DNA of 64,000 nt from Minisyncoccota bacterium. GTDB lineage: Bacteria > Patescibacteriota > Minisyncoccia > Phycocordibacterales > UBA9973. The DNA lies in assembly GCA_028718635.1 (NCBI GenBank), contig JAQULK010000001.1, positions 152,626 to 216,625 on the forward strand. Direction: 5' to 3'. Below are positions 45,525 through 54,929 of the stretch, in pieces (position 1 is the stretch's first letter; each line of letters starts with the position of its first letter). Under the pieces are notes generated by a model. It made no database searches and was not told where the DNA came from. It saw only the letters and a list, made by a program, of their open reading frames with translations. Both the position numbers and the translations under genes were made by a program.

Positions 45525-48142
45525 TGAATGACGCTCGCCAATTTTGTCATCCTGAACTTGTTTCAGGATCTAATGCGTTTGCCAAAATAATAAAACTTTT
45601 CCGTTTCATTTTTTTCTTCTCGATATTTCTGGGAAGCTTTTTTGTTTTGGCAAACGAAGCAAGCGCGGCGACGTATTATGTGGATGCGACTCTTGGAAAG
45701 GATACATATAATGGTATAACCACAACTATAAATGATGGAGCAAGTGAAGGTCCATGGAAAACACTAACTAAAGTAAATGCCGCGCTGAATGCCGCTTCTA
45801 TTCATGCTGGTGATAGTGTTTTATTTAAAGCAGGGGAGACTTTCTTTGGCTATTTGTATGTTAAGGTAACGGGAACGGTAGGAAATATATTAACATTTGA
45901 TTCCTATGGAAGTGGAAATAAACCTATAATCGACGCTACTGGAAATAATAGCGGTATCGATCTTCGTGGAATAAATTATGTTACGTTTAATAATTTGGAT
46001 GTTAGAAATGCAACATTCCAAGGATACTTTTTTCTCAATGGAAATGACCACATAACAATAAATAATGGAAGTATATCTTCTTCTGCAAAGGCTATCCATC
46101 TCTATAACAATACAATTTCAAATCTAACAATTTCAAATCTAAATGCCAGTAATAATACATATGGTATTTATGGATTTGCCGGGGTTACTGTTAACACATT
46201 GTCCATATCCAATAGCCATTTCGACGACAACACATCAGAAGGTTTTTTCACCGATGGCACTGCGAACGGGAGTAATTTTACGATAACAGATACCACCATG
46301 TCCCGTAATGGGATCGGATCTGATAAAAATGGATTTTTACTACAAGGGACCGGCAGTACAGTTATCCTTACCAGGGTAACATCAGCCAACAACGGAGGGG
46401 ATGGATTTGGTGTCCATAACACTTGGATTGGTGTTATTTTTGATTATTGTACGGCGGATACTAACGGAACAGACGGGATAGGATCAGATGGAGACGGATT
46501 CAGTTTCCATGAGACTTCTTCTGGAATAATCAGGTATTCAATCAGCAAAAATAATTTAAAAACTGCGATTGCTCACGTTAATAGCTCCGCTGTTGAAATG
46601 TATTATGATCTTTTTTATCATGCAACCAATGGCACCTTGCCGCTTGTTTTATTACAAAATACTGGAAATCATAAATTATATAATAATATTATTTACAGTG
46701 GAAGTCAGACTGGTGATGCAGTAAGCGTTGAAGGGACCGTTGATATGCAAAACAATATAATAGATGGTTTCAATCGTGGCCTTATAAAAACTGGAGGAAC
46801 AATATCCAATGACCATGATATTATTTATGGAGTATTAACTTCTAATTATGTTGGTATTTCTGCCGGTGCTTATTCAATTATACAGGATCCAAAATTTTTT
46901 AATTCCAGTATTTATAACTTTTCCCTTCTCCCCACTTCCCCCGCCATCGACTCTGGCACCGATGTCTCATTAACCACCGACTACGCCGGCAATTCCATCT
47001 ACGGTACGCCCGACATCGGCGCTTATGAATACCAGCCGCCATATACCATGGGCACGGATGCAGTAAACACTTCCACCAGTGTCAGAATGTACGGAGACGA
47101 AAAGTTCAGAAACAAAACCGCCACCACCACGGAAACCACGGCTGATCTCTCAATTACCATTCCCGACTCGGATAAAACCAAGTGGCTGGACATAGCAGTT
47201 TCCACCTGGGACAACTCCGGAACTTATCACAAAACCTGGACGGAAAACACTACCAGCACCATTACCAACACCCTCCATACCATCGGAGACCTGGAACCCA
47301 ACAAATACTACAATGTGTCCGTGGATTCCGTTCTGGGAAACAACATTACCGGCGATAACTGTTCAAACGGCCTCTGTCTTTCCAACGCGGAAGGTAAAAT
47401 ATCTTTTACCTATACTGGTTCATATTCCGAACACACCTTTGACGTGGAAGAAGGAGATAATACCGCCCCCATCCGTTCCGCCGGTTTGCCTTCCGGCAGT
47501 CAACCTGCTGGCACAACGCAAGTAACAATGTCTTTGACCACCGACGAAAACGCCACCTGCAAATACTCCACCTCTGCCGACACCGCTTACGCTTCCATGA
47601 CCGATACCTTTACCACAACTGGCACCCAATCCCATTCCACCACCATTTCCGGTCTCTCCAACGGCAATACATACAATTACTATGTCCGCTGCACTGACGG
47701 CTCAAATGCTAACAGCAACGATTACCCTATTTCTTTTTCCATTACTAACCCTACCGCGCATTCTTCAGGCAACAGTGCTCAGAGTCGAATCAACAATCTG
47801 CTCTCCATGGGCAACTACACCCAAGCGCAACAATTGGCTAATCAATACAATATTTCAATTCCAGTAATTACCACCCCGCCTACAGCACCCCTCCTGAATC
47901 AAGGAGGGGAAAGAAGTGTTAATGCTTACAACTTTGGTCTCTCTGTTCTCAAAAAAGGAAGCAAAGGTGAAGCTGTCAAAGAACTCCAGAAGTTCTTAAA
48001 CCAAGATCTGAAACTAAACTTGAAAATAGATGGCATCTTGGGATCAAAAACAACTATGGCTATCAAACAATACCAAAAAGCGCATAATCTAAAAGTGGAT
48101 GGGGTAGTGGGGGAGAAGACGAAGGGGAGGATGGGGGTGTGA
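45524..48142 (+). CDS. Secreted right-handed beta-helix (pectate-lyase-like repeat) protein with C-terminal peptidoglycan-binding domain
   Basis: Hydrophobic signal-like segment then cleavage-like ANEASAA; many N.T.S..N..I/..N repeats typical of parallel beta-helix; C-terminal PG_binding_1-like segment (KGEAVKELQKFLNQ...IDGILGSKTTMAIKQYQ). GTG start preceded by a (GA)7 repeat. Confidence 0.7.
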   Translation: MNDARQFCHPELVSGSNAFAKIIKLFRFIFFFSIFLGSFFVLANEASAATYYVDATLGKDTYNGITTTINDGASEGPWKTLTKVNAALNAASIHAGDSVLFKAGETFFGYLYVKVTGTVGNILTFDSYGSGNKPIIDATGNNSGIDLRGINYVTFNNLDVRNATFQGYFFLNGNDHITINNGSISSSAKAIHLYNNTISNLTISNLNASNNTYGIYGFAGVTVNTLSISNSHFDDNTSEGFFTDGTANGSNFTITDTTMSRNGIGSDKNGFLLQGTGSTVILTRVTSANNGGDGFGVHNTWIGVIFDYCTADTNGTDGIGSDGDGFSFHETSSGIIRYSISKNNLKTAIAHVNSSAVEMYYDLFYHATNGTLPLVLLQNTGNHKLYNNIIYSGSQTGDAVSVEGTVDMQNNIIDGFNRGLIKTGGTISNDHDIIYGVLTSNYVGISAGAYSIIQDPKFFNSSIYNFSLLPTSPAIDSGTDVSLTTDYAGNSIYGTPDIGAYEYQPPYTMGTDAVNTSTSVRMYGDEKFRNKTATTTETTADLSITIPDSDKTKWLDIAVSTWDNSGTYHKTWTENTTSTITNTLHTIGDLEPNKYYNVSVDSVLGNNITGDNCSNGLCLSNAEGKISFTYTGSYSEHTFDVEEGDNTAPIRSAGLPSGSQPAGTTQVTMSLTTDENATCKYSTSADTAYASMTDTFTTTGTQSHSTTISGLSNGNTYNYYVRCTDGSNANSNDYPISFSITNPTAHSSGNSAQSRINNLLSMGNYTQAQQLANQYNISIPVITTPPTAPLLNQGGERSVNAYNFGLSVLKKGSKGEAVKELQKFLNQDLKLNLKIDGILGSKTTMAIKQYQKAHNLKVDGVVGEKTKGRMGV

Positions 48143-48244
48143 ATTCCTTTTTAAAATAATACAAAAATAGCAAGGGTGGTCTTGATATTTTTTGGCTAAA
48201 TATATACATTTGTGGTAGATTTGATAAAGTAGGATTTATAATAT

Positions 48245-48316
48245 GCCCTTGTAGTTCAATGGATAGAACAGAGCTCTTCTAAGGCTTCGATGTAGGTTCG
48301 ATTCCTACCAAGGGCA
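48245..48316 (+). tRNA. tRNA-Arg (anticodon UCU)
   Basis: Acceptor GCCCTTG/CAAGGGC, D arm GTTCAATGGATAGAAC, anticodon loop CTTCTAA, T arm TAGGTTCGATTCCTA. Confidence 0.75.
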
Positions 48317-48500
48317 CATGCGTGTGAGACCGACCGAGAGGCTTATTTTGTAAGCTTTTTGGAAAGTTGAATACAAAAAAAGTATTCCTAGTGGGGTACC
48401 TCTTAAGTTATTTGGAACCCAAAAATATTTAGGTTCTATTTTGTAAATTACATTACTATTTAATAGAGCTTGATTATAGAAAAAATGATATATTTATATC

Positions 48501-49253
48501 ATGGATAAAAAATCCAACAATAGAACATTCCTATTACCGCAATTCTCGCTTTTCGATATTCAAATAGGTGTGGGCGAAGAAGAATTCAAAAAAGGGTACA
48601 AATTATTTAATGACGGCAAGGTTGGGAAAATAAAGTCAGATATTCGTGGTTTTAGTGCCGCTGTTGCTGGTGCGCATCCTTATGAAGTATTTGTTGAAGC
48701 TAATGATTTTGACCAAGGGTCTTGCAGTTGCTACCTAGGGCAAAAAGACATTCTTTGTAAACATATGATTGCACTCGCTATTGCTGCAATCTTCAAATAT
48801 AATCCTGAAAACTTCAAGCTCATCACAAGTCCGCTTGATCGAGCAGTATGTTCTGGACAAATACGAGATATCACAAAAGAAGAATTAGTTGCTATCAAAA
48901 AAGAATTGAAACACGGATTATCATATATAAAATATTATGACGGACCGTCTTCAAAATGGTTTACGTATCAAGATACTTTGTTAAAAGGCGGGCGACTTAT
49001 GCGGTACGCACTTTCAAAACTTCCCATATGCGAAGAGTCGGCAAAGATATGTATTGATTTTCTTGTGAAGCTGGATAAAAAAGTTTGCAATGGGGTTGAT
49101 GATTCTGATGGAACAGTGGGTGAGCTTATGACAGATATAGTTGAAGTGCTAAATTTATTTGTAAGCAATAAACCTGACCTTCGTAATTTTATTAGTGAGC
49201 ACTTGCCAAAAGAAACCTCCTTTGGCTGGGAGAGGATGTTTGGTGTAATTTAA
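48501..49253 (+). CDS. SWIM zinc-finger domain protein
   Basis: CSCYLGQKDILCKHMIALAI matches the CxCxnCxH SWIM signature. Confidence 0.6.
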   Translation: MDKKSNNRTFLLPQFSLFDIQIGVGEEEFKKGYKLFNDGKVGKIKSDIRGFSAAVAGAHPYEVFVEANDFDQGSCSCYLGQKDILCKHMIALAIAAIFKYNPENFKLITSPLDRAVCSGQIRDITKEELVAIKKELKHGLSYIKYYDGPSSKWFTYQDTLLKGGRLMRYALSKLPICEESAKICIDFLVKLDKKVCNGVDDSDGTVGELMTDIVEVLNLFVSNKPDLRNFISEHLPKETSFGWERMFGVI

Positions 49254-49254
49254 T

Positions 49255-50304
49255 TTACTTCTTTCTATACCTCGTCGTCCTCCCTTGTCCGATGCGTTCC
49301 ACTTTTTTCAAACGCAAAAGAGTGTCGATTGCTTGTGATACAGTTGGTCTCGCTACTTTTGTGTTCTTTGAAATTTCTCCCGGGGTTGCTTCAGAAACTT
49401 TTTCAAGATATTCCCAAACCAAAAGCTGTTTTGGAGATAAAAGTTTTTCAATATTTTCTTTTGACAATAATTCAATTGCTTGCTTTGCCTGAGTGAGTAG
49501 AACATTAAAAAAGAATTCAAGCCATGGCTCAATATTTGCATTGTTAGATTTTAAAGTTTTCTGACTTTTGCGAAGAGCGATATAGTACTCAGCTTTGTTG
49601 TCTTCAATTAATTTCTCATGCGAGACATAAGGCATATACGCGTAGCCAGCCTGAAGCATCATTAAATTTGTTAGTACTCTGGAAAGTCTGCCGTTGCCAT
49701 CTTGGAATGGGTGAATATTTAAAAATTCAATTAAAAAATTAGCAACAATAAGCAGTGGGTGGATTTCTTTTTGAATAAAAGATTCTTTTGTCCATTCCAC
49801 TAACTCCTGCATTTCCTTTGGCGTAAGCCAAGCAGGCGTAGTATCAAATAACACGCCGACGGATTCACCAGCCTCGTTTATCATTTCAACCCTATTCTCT
49901 GTTTTTTTGTATTCGCCTCTGTGAAGCTTATCCTTCTCTACATACTTCAAAAGTTCTTTATGCAGATGCTGAATACTACTTTCCGAAAATGGTATTTTGT
50001 TATAAGAATTGAAAACATTATTCAGCAGTTCGTAATATCCTTGCACCTCCTGCTTGTCCCGATCAGCGAATTTTTGCATAGAAAGTCCGCGCATCATTTT
50101 TTCAACATCTTCGTCTGAAAGTTTTGCTCCTTCAATACGAGTTGATGCGCCAGCCGAAGTAATTAAAACCGAGCGTTTCAATCTTCCGAGCGCCTGCGGA
50201 TTTATCTCCGCTCCACCAATCCATCTTCCTTTTAACTCATCAATTTGGTTGATGATTGTCCATAGACTTTGTGGTATATTTTGAATACGTTTATTGTAAT
50301 TCAT
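49255..50304 (-). CDS. Fic family protein with C-terminal winged-helix domain
   Basis: Canonical Fic motif HPFQDGNGRLSRV; C-terminal HTH-like tail. Confidence 0.85.
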   Translation of the reverse strand: MNYNKRIQNIPQSLWTIINQIDELKGRWIGGAEINPQALGRLKRSVLITSAGASTRIEGAKLSDEDVEKMMRGLSMQKFADRDKQEVQGYYELLNNVFNSYNKIPFSESSIQHLHKELLKYVEKDKLHRGEYKKTENRVEMINEAGESVGVLFDTTPAWLTPKEMQELVEWTKESFIQKEIHPLLIVANFLIEFLNIHPFQDGNGRLSRVLTNLMMLQAGYAYMPYVSHEKLIEDNKAEYYIALRKSQKTLKSNNANIEPWLEFFFNVLLTQAKQAIELLSKENIEKLLSPKQLLVWEYLEKVSEATPGEISKNTKVARPTVSQAIDTLLRLKKVERIGQGRTTRYRKK

Positions 50305-50391
50305 ATATTAATTAATCTAATGTATTAACTATATGAGATTATATTAGATTAGTTTAATAAAAGCAAGTTTTTTATAATTTTTTAGCACAAT

Positions 50392-51033
50392 ATGAAAATC
50401 AGAAAAATAACTCAAATACTCATCGTGGTGTCGGTTATCGCTATTATTTTTATCCTTTTTCGTTTGGATTTGTCGGGAGTAGAAACTCCTGGTTATTTGA
50501 TCTGGAATCTTTTTTTAGCTTGGATACCTTACATAATTTCTTCGTATTTTATTAAAAAGGAAACATCAATAAGTATTTTTATACCATTGTTTATTTTCTG
50601 GCTTTTGTTTTTCCCAAATGCTCCATATTTAGTGACTGATGTTACGCACATAGTCTCGAGTCCTGCGTCCTTCGTGTGGTATGACAGCTTGCTCTTCTTT
50701 TTCTTCGGATGGGTCGGTTTGCTTTTGGGAATGGTTTCTCTTTATCGTATTCATCAATATTTCAAAAATCATTTAAGCAATTTTATTTCTGAACTGATAA
50801 TTTTTGTTATTTGTTTTGTTTCGAGTTTCGGAGTGTATTTGGGAAGATTCGAAAGATGGAATAGCTGGGATCTTTTTTTAAACCCATTTAATTTAATTAA
50901 GCAGTCAGTTAATATTTCAGCTGACCTCATTAATGCAGGCGCCCCATTAATTTTTGTCGGCATATTTACTATATTCATGTACTCAGTTTATAAAACAGTA
51001 TATATTCTGATTGCAGATAACTCTGAATTATAA
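50392..51033 (+). CDS. DUF1361-like integral membrane protein
   Basis: WNLFLAWIPY and FFPNAPYLVTD motifs in a 5-6 TM protein. Confidence 0.5.
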   Translation: MKIRKITQILIVVSVIAIIFILFRLDLSGVETPGYLIWNLFLAWIPYIISSYFIKKETSISIFIPLFIFWLLFFPNAPYLVTDVTHIVSSPASFVWYDSLLFFFFGWVGLLLGMVSLYRIHQYFKNHLSNFISELIIFVICFVSSFGVYLGRFERWNSWDLFLNPFNLIKQSVNISADLINAGAPLIFVGIFTIFMYSVYKTVYILIADNSEL

Positions 51034-51797
51034 TGCCAGCAATAACAAATTCAAAAATAAAAGTTTTATACGAGGATGCAAATATCCTGGCCATAGACAA
51101 ACCGTCTGGAATTTTGGTGCACCCTGACGAAAGAAGTAAAGAGAAAACAATTTTAGATTTATTTATAAAAAAATATCTGAAATTAGAGATAGTGCATAGA
51201 CTTGATAGAGAGACTTCCGGAGTTCTCTTGTTGGCTAAAAATAAAAAAGCTCACGAATTTCTAAAAAAACAATTTCAAAATCGGGAGATAAAAAAAGTTT
51301 ATCATGCTATCGTTTCCGGCAATGTAAAAAATGAGAGGGGGATAATAAATAAGCCAATCGGGCGAAGCCCGAAAGATTTTCGCCGTTATTCGGCTGGCAG
51401 AGGAGCCCGGGGAGAGATGCGAGAAGCGATAACCCAGTATAGGGTTTTGAAACGTTTTGTTGCTAAGGCGAAGCTTCAAGAAATTTTACATCCCCGAGGG
51501 TCCCACTCCGCAGGAGAAGGGCGCAGGGGTGGAAAATTACTTGAAGCGAAGCCACAAAGATTTACCTATCTGGAAATAAGACCAAAAACTGGCCGGACGC
51601 ATCAGATCAGGGTGCATATGAAATATTTGAATCATCCCATTGTGTGCGATTCGCTTTATAATCCTGATAATCCTTGCCCGAAAGGCATTTTTCGAGTGGC
51701 CCTGCATGCCAAATCCATAGAATTTAAGAACTTAAAAGGGGAAACTATAAAAGTGGAATCCGCAATTCCAAAAGAGTTTGAGAAGGTGGTAAAATGA
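51033..51797 (+). CDS. RluA-family pseudouridine synthase
   Basis: HRLDRETSGVLLLAKN catalytic motif and TGRTHQIRVH. Contains a GC-rich, roughly 30-aa in-frame insertion. Confidence 0.85.
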   Translation: MPAITNSKIKVLYEDANILAIDKPSGILVHPDERSKEKTILDLFIKKYLKLEIVHRLDRETSGVLLLAKNKKAHEFLKKQFQNREIKKVYHAIVSGNVKNERGIINKPIGRSPKDFRRYSAGRGARGEMREAITQYRVLKRFVAKAKLQEILHPRGSHSAGEGRRGGKLLEAKPQRFTYLEIRPKTGRTHQIRVHMKYLNHPIVCDSLYNPDNPCPKGIFRVALHAKSIEFKNLKGETIKVESAIPKEFEKVVK

Positions 51798-51881
51798 ATC
51801 TAAGAAATACTTTCTCACCCCAACCCCTCTCCATAAATTGATTTATGGAGAGGGGAAAGCAAGGGGAGAGGTGAATTAATT

Positions 51882-53585
51882 ATGAATCAAGAAACTAAAT
51901 CCTGCCAAAATTGCCAAAAAGATTTCACGATAGAGCCAGAAGATTTTAATTTCTATGGAAAGATAAAAGTTCCATCGCCCTCTTGGTGTCCAGAATGCCG
52001 AATAGTACGTAGATTTGCTATTCACAATACTTGGAGTTTGTTTTGGCGAAATTGTGAAAAGTGTGGGATTAAAACTCTATCAACTTTTGAACCGGAAACA
52101 AAAATCACAACTTACTGCCAACCTTGCTGGTGGGGAGATTCTTGGGATGGCACAGAGTATGCTATGGACTACGATCCATCGCGTCCGTTTTTGGAACAAT
52201 TAAAAGAGTTGAGTAACAAAACGCCGTATGCTGCGCTTGAAACAGCTTATTTAACATTAAAAAATTCTGATTATTCAAATGATATTGCCTGGAGTAAAGA
52301 TTGTTATTTAGTTTTCTGGGCTGATTATTGTGATACAGTTTTTTACTCTTCTTTATTAAATGGTTTGAAATATAGTGCAGATTGTATTAGGGGATATGAA
52401 TCAGAATTATGTTATGAGTCTATAGGTTTTACGAAAAATTATAGAACTTTTTTTTCCGATGAATGTGATACCTGTGTGGATGTATGGTTTTCGCGTAATT
52501 GTTACGGTTGCACCAATTGCATCGGATGTGTGAACCTTCGTGGAGCTTCTAATTATATTTTTAATGTAAAATATTCTAAAGAAGAATATGCGGAAAAATT
52601 AAAAGAACTCAGTCTAGATTCTTGGAGTAAATTACGCGAGCTTGAAAAAAGAGCGCATGAATTTTGGCTGACTTTACCATATAGAGAATATGATGGCCAT
52701 TCTTTAAATTTAAATGTAACAGGAGAACATGTGTATACATCTAAAAATTCTAAAGAGGTATATGTTGTAAATGGTGCAGAAAATTGTAAATGGACTCAGT
52801 TTATAACAGTTCCTACTGCAAAAGATTGCATGGACTACTCTGGCTGGGGTAACAATTCTTCTCTTATTTATGAATCTGCCACTGTAGGAGAGAACGCGAA
52901 TTCAATTTATTTTTGTTATGGCTGTTGGCCGGATTCTCTTAATCTTCAATATTGTTCTTGGAATATATCCGGCAAAAATAATTTTGGCTGTTTTAATCTA
53001 AAGAGAAAGCAATATTGCATCCTAAATAAACAATATTCCAAAGAAGAATACGAGAAACTGAAAAATGAAATTATCGCAGATATGAAAATAAATCCGTATA
53101 TAGATAAACTGGGACGCAAATATTATTATGGAGAATTTTTTCCATCCGAGTTAAGTAAATTTTCTTATAATAAATCAAATGCCATACGTTTTTTCCCAAA
53201 GACAAAAGAGCAAGCGACCCGTGAAGGGTTTAACTGGAGTGATAGAGAAAATATCGTATATAATATTTCTAAACCAGCAAATTCTTTACCGGAAAAAATT
53301 GCGAATACAGGAGAAGATATCTTAAACGAAGTTATTGAATGTGAAAATTGTGGGAATGGATATAGGGTAGTTCAGGGTGAATATGATTTATTGCGTAAAA
53401 TGAATTTACCTATCCCGCATGAATGTCCCAAATGCCGTGAAATTAAACGATTTGCCAGAATGAATAAACCAAAGTTGCATCACCGAAATTGTATGAAATG
53501 CGGTGTAAATATTTATACCCCTTATTCTCCCGAAAGTCCTAATATTGTGTATTGCGTGAAGTGTTATCAGCAAGAATTTGCTTAA
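51882..53585 (+). CDS. Cys-rich protein of unknown function (paralogue 2)
   Basis: 567 aa. N-terminus CQNCQKDFTIEPEDFNFYGKIKVPSPSWCPECR, C-terminus MNLPIPHECPKCR, internal C.GC.NL...YCILNKQYSKEEYEKL repeats. Collinear homology to 16545..18293. Confidence 0.7.
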   Translation: MNQETKSCQNCQKDFTIEPEDFNFYGKIKVPSPSWCPECRIVRRFAIHNTWSLFWRNCEKCGIKTLSTFEPETKITTYCQPCWWGDSWDGTEYAMDYDPSRPFLEQLKELSNKTPYAALETAYLTLKNSDYSNDIAWSKDCYLVFWADYCDTVFYSSLLNGLKYSADCIRGYESELCYESIGFTKNYRTFFSDECDTCVDVWFSRNCYGCTNCIGCVNLRGASNYIFNVKYSKEEYAEKLKELSLDSWSKLRELEKRAHEFWLTLPYREYDGHSLNLNVTGEHVYTSKNSKEVYVVNGAENCKWTQFITVPTAKDCMDYSGWGNNSSLIYESATVGENANSIYFCYGCWPDSLNLQYCSWNISGKNNFGCFNLKRKQYCILNKQYSKEEYEKLKNEIIADMKINPYIDKLGRKYYYGEFFPSELSKFSYNKSNAIRFFPKTKEQATREGFNWSDRENIVYNISKPANSLPEKIANTGEDILNEVIECENCGNGYRVVQGEYDLLRKMNLPIPHECPKCREIKRFARMNKPKLHHRNCMKCGVNIYTPYSPESPNIVYCVKCYQQEFA

Positions 53586-53684
53586 AGAGGTTGTTTATGT
53601 TAGATTAAATCGACTACTTGTCCCGTTAGAAAATCAGCGGACTGGTAAGAAGTAGTAAGTTTATTATTTAAATTTTTTAATGGG

Positions 53685-54095
53685 ATGGCAGGAAATAAAA
53701 TCAATAAAATAAAATTCACTCCGGTAGATATCGAAGAGCGAAAGAAGCTTAATTTCAAGGCTGGAGATACTGTTTCTGTTTCGTCAAAGATTATAGATGA
53801 AAAAGGCAAGTCTCGTTTTCAAGTTTTTGAGGGTATCGTGCTTGCTAGAAAACATGGCACTGAAGCGGGTGCTACTTTTACCGTCAGAAAGGTTTCTTCT
53901 GGTGTTGGAGTAGAAAGAATTTTTCCGTTATATTCTCCAATGATAGGGGAAATCAAAATAACTAAAAGGTCTCGCGCTCGCAGGTCAAAACTTTACTATA
54001 TCCGTACCAAGGCAGTCAAAGATGTTCGCAAAAAAATGCGTTCCATCGCTCATTCAGAGGAAGCAAACGATGCAGTAGAAAAAGTTGCAGAATAA
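53685..54095 (+). CDS. rplS: 50S ribosomal protein L19
   Basis: Typical L19 core (FKAGDTVSV...RFQVFEGIV...) with a basic C-terminal extension. Confidence 0.9.
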   Translation: MAGNKINKIKFTPVDIEERKKLNFKAGDTVSVSSKIIDEKGKSRFQVFEGIVLARKHGTEAGATFTVRKVSSGVGVERIFPLYSPMIGEIKITKRSRARRSKLYYIRTKAVKDVRKKMRSIAHSEEANDAVEKVAE

Positions 54096-54139
54096 ATTTT
54101 TGTTTAATTTTTATTAATCTATTGTTATACTCATAATAT

Positions 54140-54223
54140 GCCCAGGTGGCGAAACTGGTAGACGTACTACCTTGAGGTGGTAGCGCCCGCAAGGGCATGG
54201 GAGTTCAAATCTCCCCCTGGGCA
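54140..54223 (+). tRNA. tRNA-Leu (anticodon GAG)
   Basis: Acceptor GCCCAGG/CCTGGGC, long variable arm, anticodon loop TTGAGGT. Confidence 0.8.
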
Positions 54224-54327
54224 CAAAAGAAATATTAAAGAATCTCTTTAAGTGGCAAGAACACTTGTGAAAAATATCCACAAGTGTTCTTGTTTACCTT
54301 GTCTTTCTTTTTTGGTATAATGTACTT

Positions 54328-54849
54328 ATGCCAATAGTTAAATGCAAATTATGTTCAAAAGAATTTTATGGTAAACCATTTTTTCTAAAGAATGGTTGGG
54401 CTAAGTATTGTTCTACCGCATGTCAGTACAAAGCTAGACGAAGTGGAAAATTTTTACCCTGCGAGATTTGTGGAGAAAAGACCTATAAACAGTTAAAAAG
54501 ACTAAAAAAATCTAAAAGTGGTAAATTCTTTTGTAGCAAGTCTTGCCAAACAGTGTGGAGAAATCAAGAATTCATAGGAATTAAACATCATAATTGGAAA
54601 ACTGGGTTATCTGCTTACAGAAGCGTATTGGCGAGAAATAAGATTCCTAAATTTTGCAATTTATGTAGAACAAAAGATGAAAGAGTTCTTTCTACCCATC
54701 ATATTGATAAGAATAGAAACAATAATCATGTATCAAATCTTGCATGGCTTTGTAACAATTGTCATTTTTTAGTTCACCATTATAAAGATGAATCCTTGAA
54801 ATTTAAAAAAAATCTGTCAGTATATAGAATACGAGGTAAATCCTCATAA
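54328..54849 (+). CDS. HNH endonuclease with N-terminal zinc-ribbon repeats (paralogue of 39763..40275)
   Basis: CRTKDERVLSTHHIDKNRNNNHVSNLAWLCNNCH HNH motif; flanked by tRNA-Leu (105 nt upstream) and tRNA-His (4 nt downstream). Confidence 0.8.
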   Translation: MPIVKCKLCSKEFYGKPFFLKNGWAKYCSTACQYKARRSGKFLPCEICGEKTYKQLKRLKKSKSGKFFCSKSCQTVWRNQEFIGIKHHNWKTGLSAYRSVLARNKIPKFCNLCRTKDERVLSTHHIDKNRNNNHVSNLAWLCNNCHFLVHHYKDESLKFKKNLSVYRIRGKSS

Positions 54850-54852
54850 CAT

Positions 54853-54925
54853 GGTGCCCGTAGTTTAGTGGTAAAACTTCGGCTTGTGGAGCCGATATCG
54901 AGAGTTCAATTCTCTCCGGGCACCC
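54853..54925 (+). tRNA. tRNA-His (anticodon GUG) with extra 5' G(-1)
   Basis: G-1 plus acceptor GTGCCCG/CGGGCAC, anticodon loop TTGTGGA, T arm GAGTTCAATTCTC. Confidence 0.8.
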
Positions 54926-54929
54926 ATTA

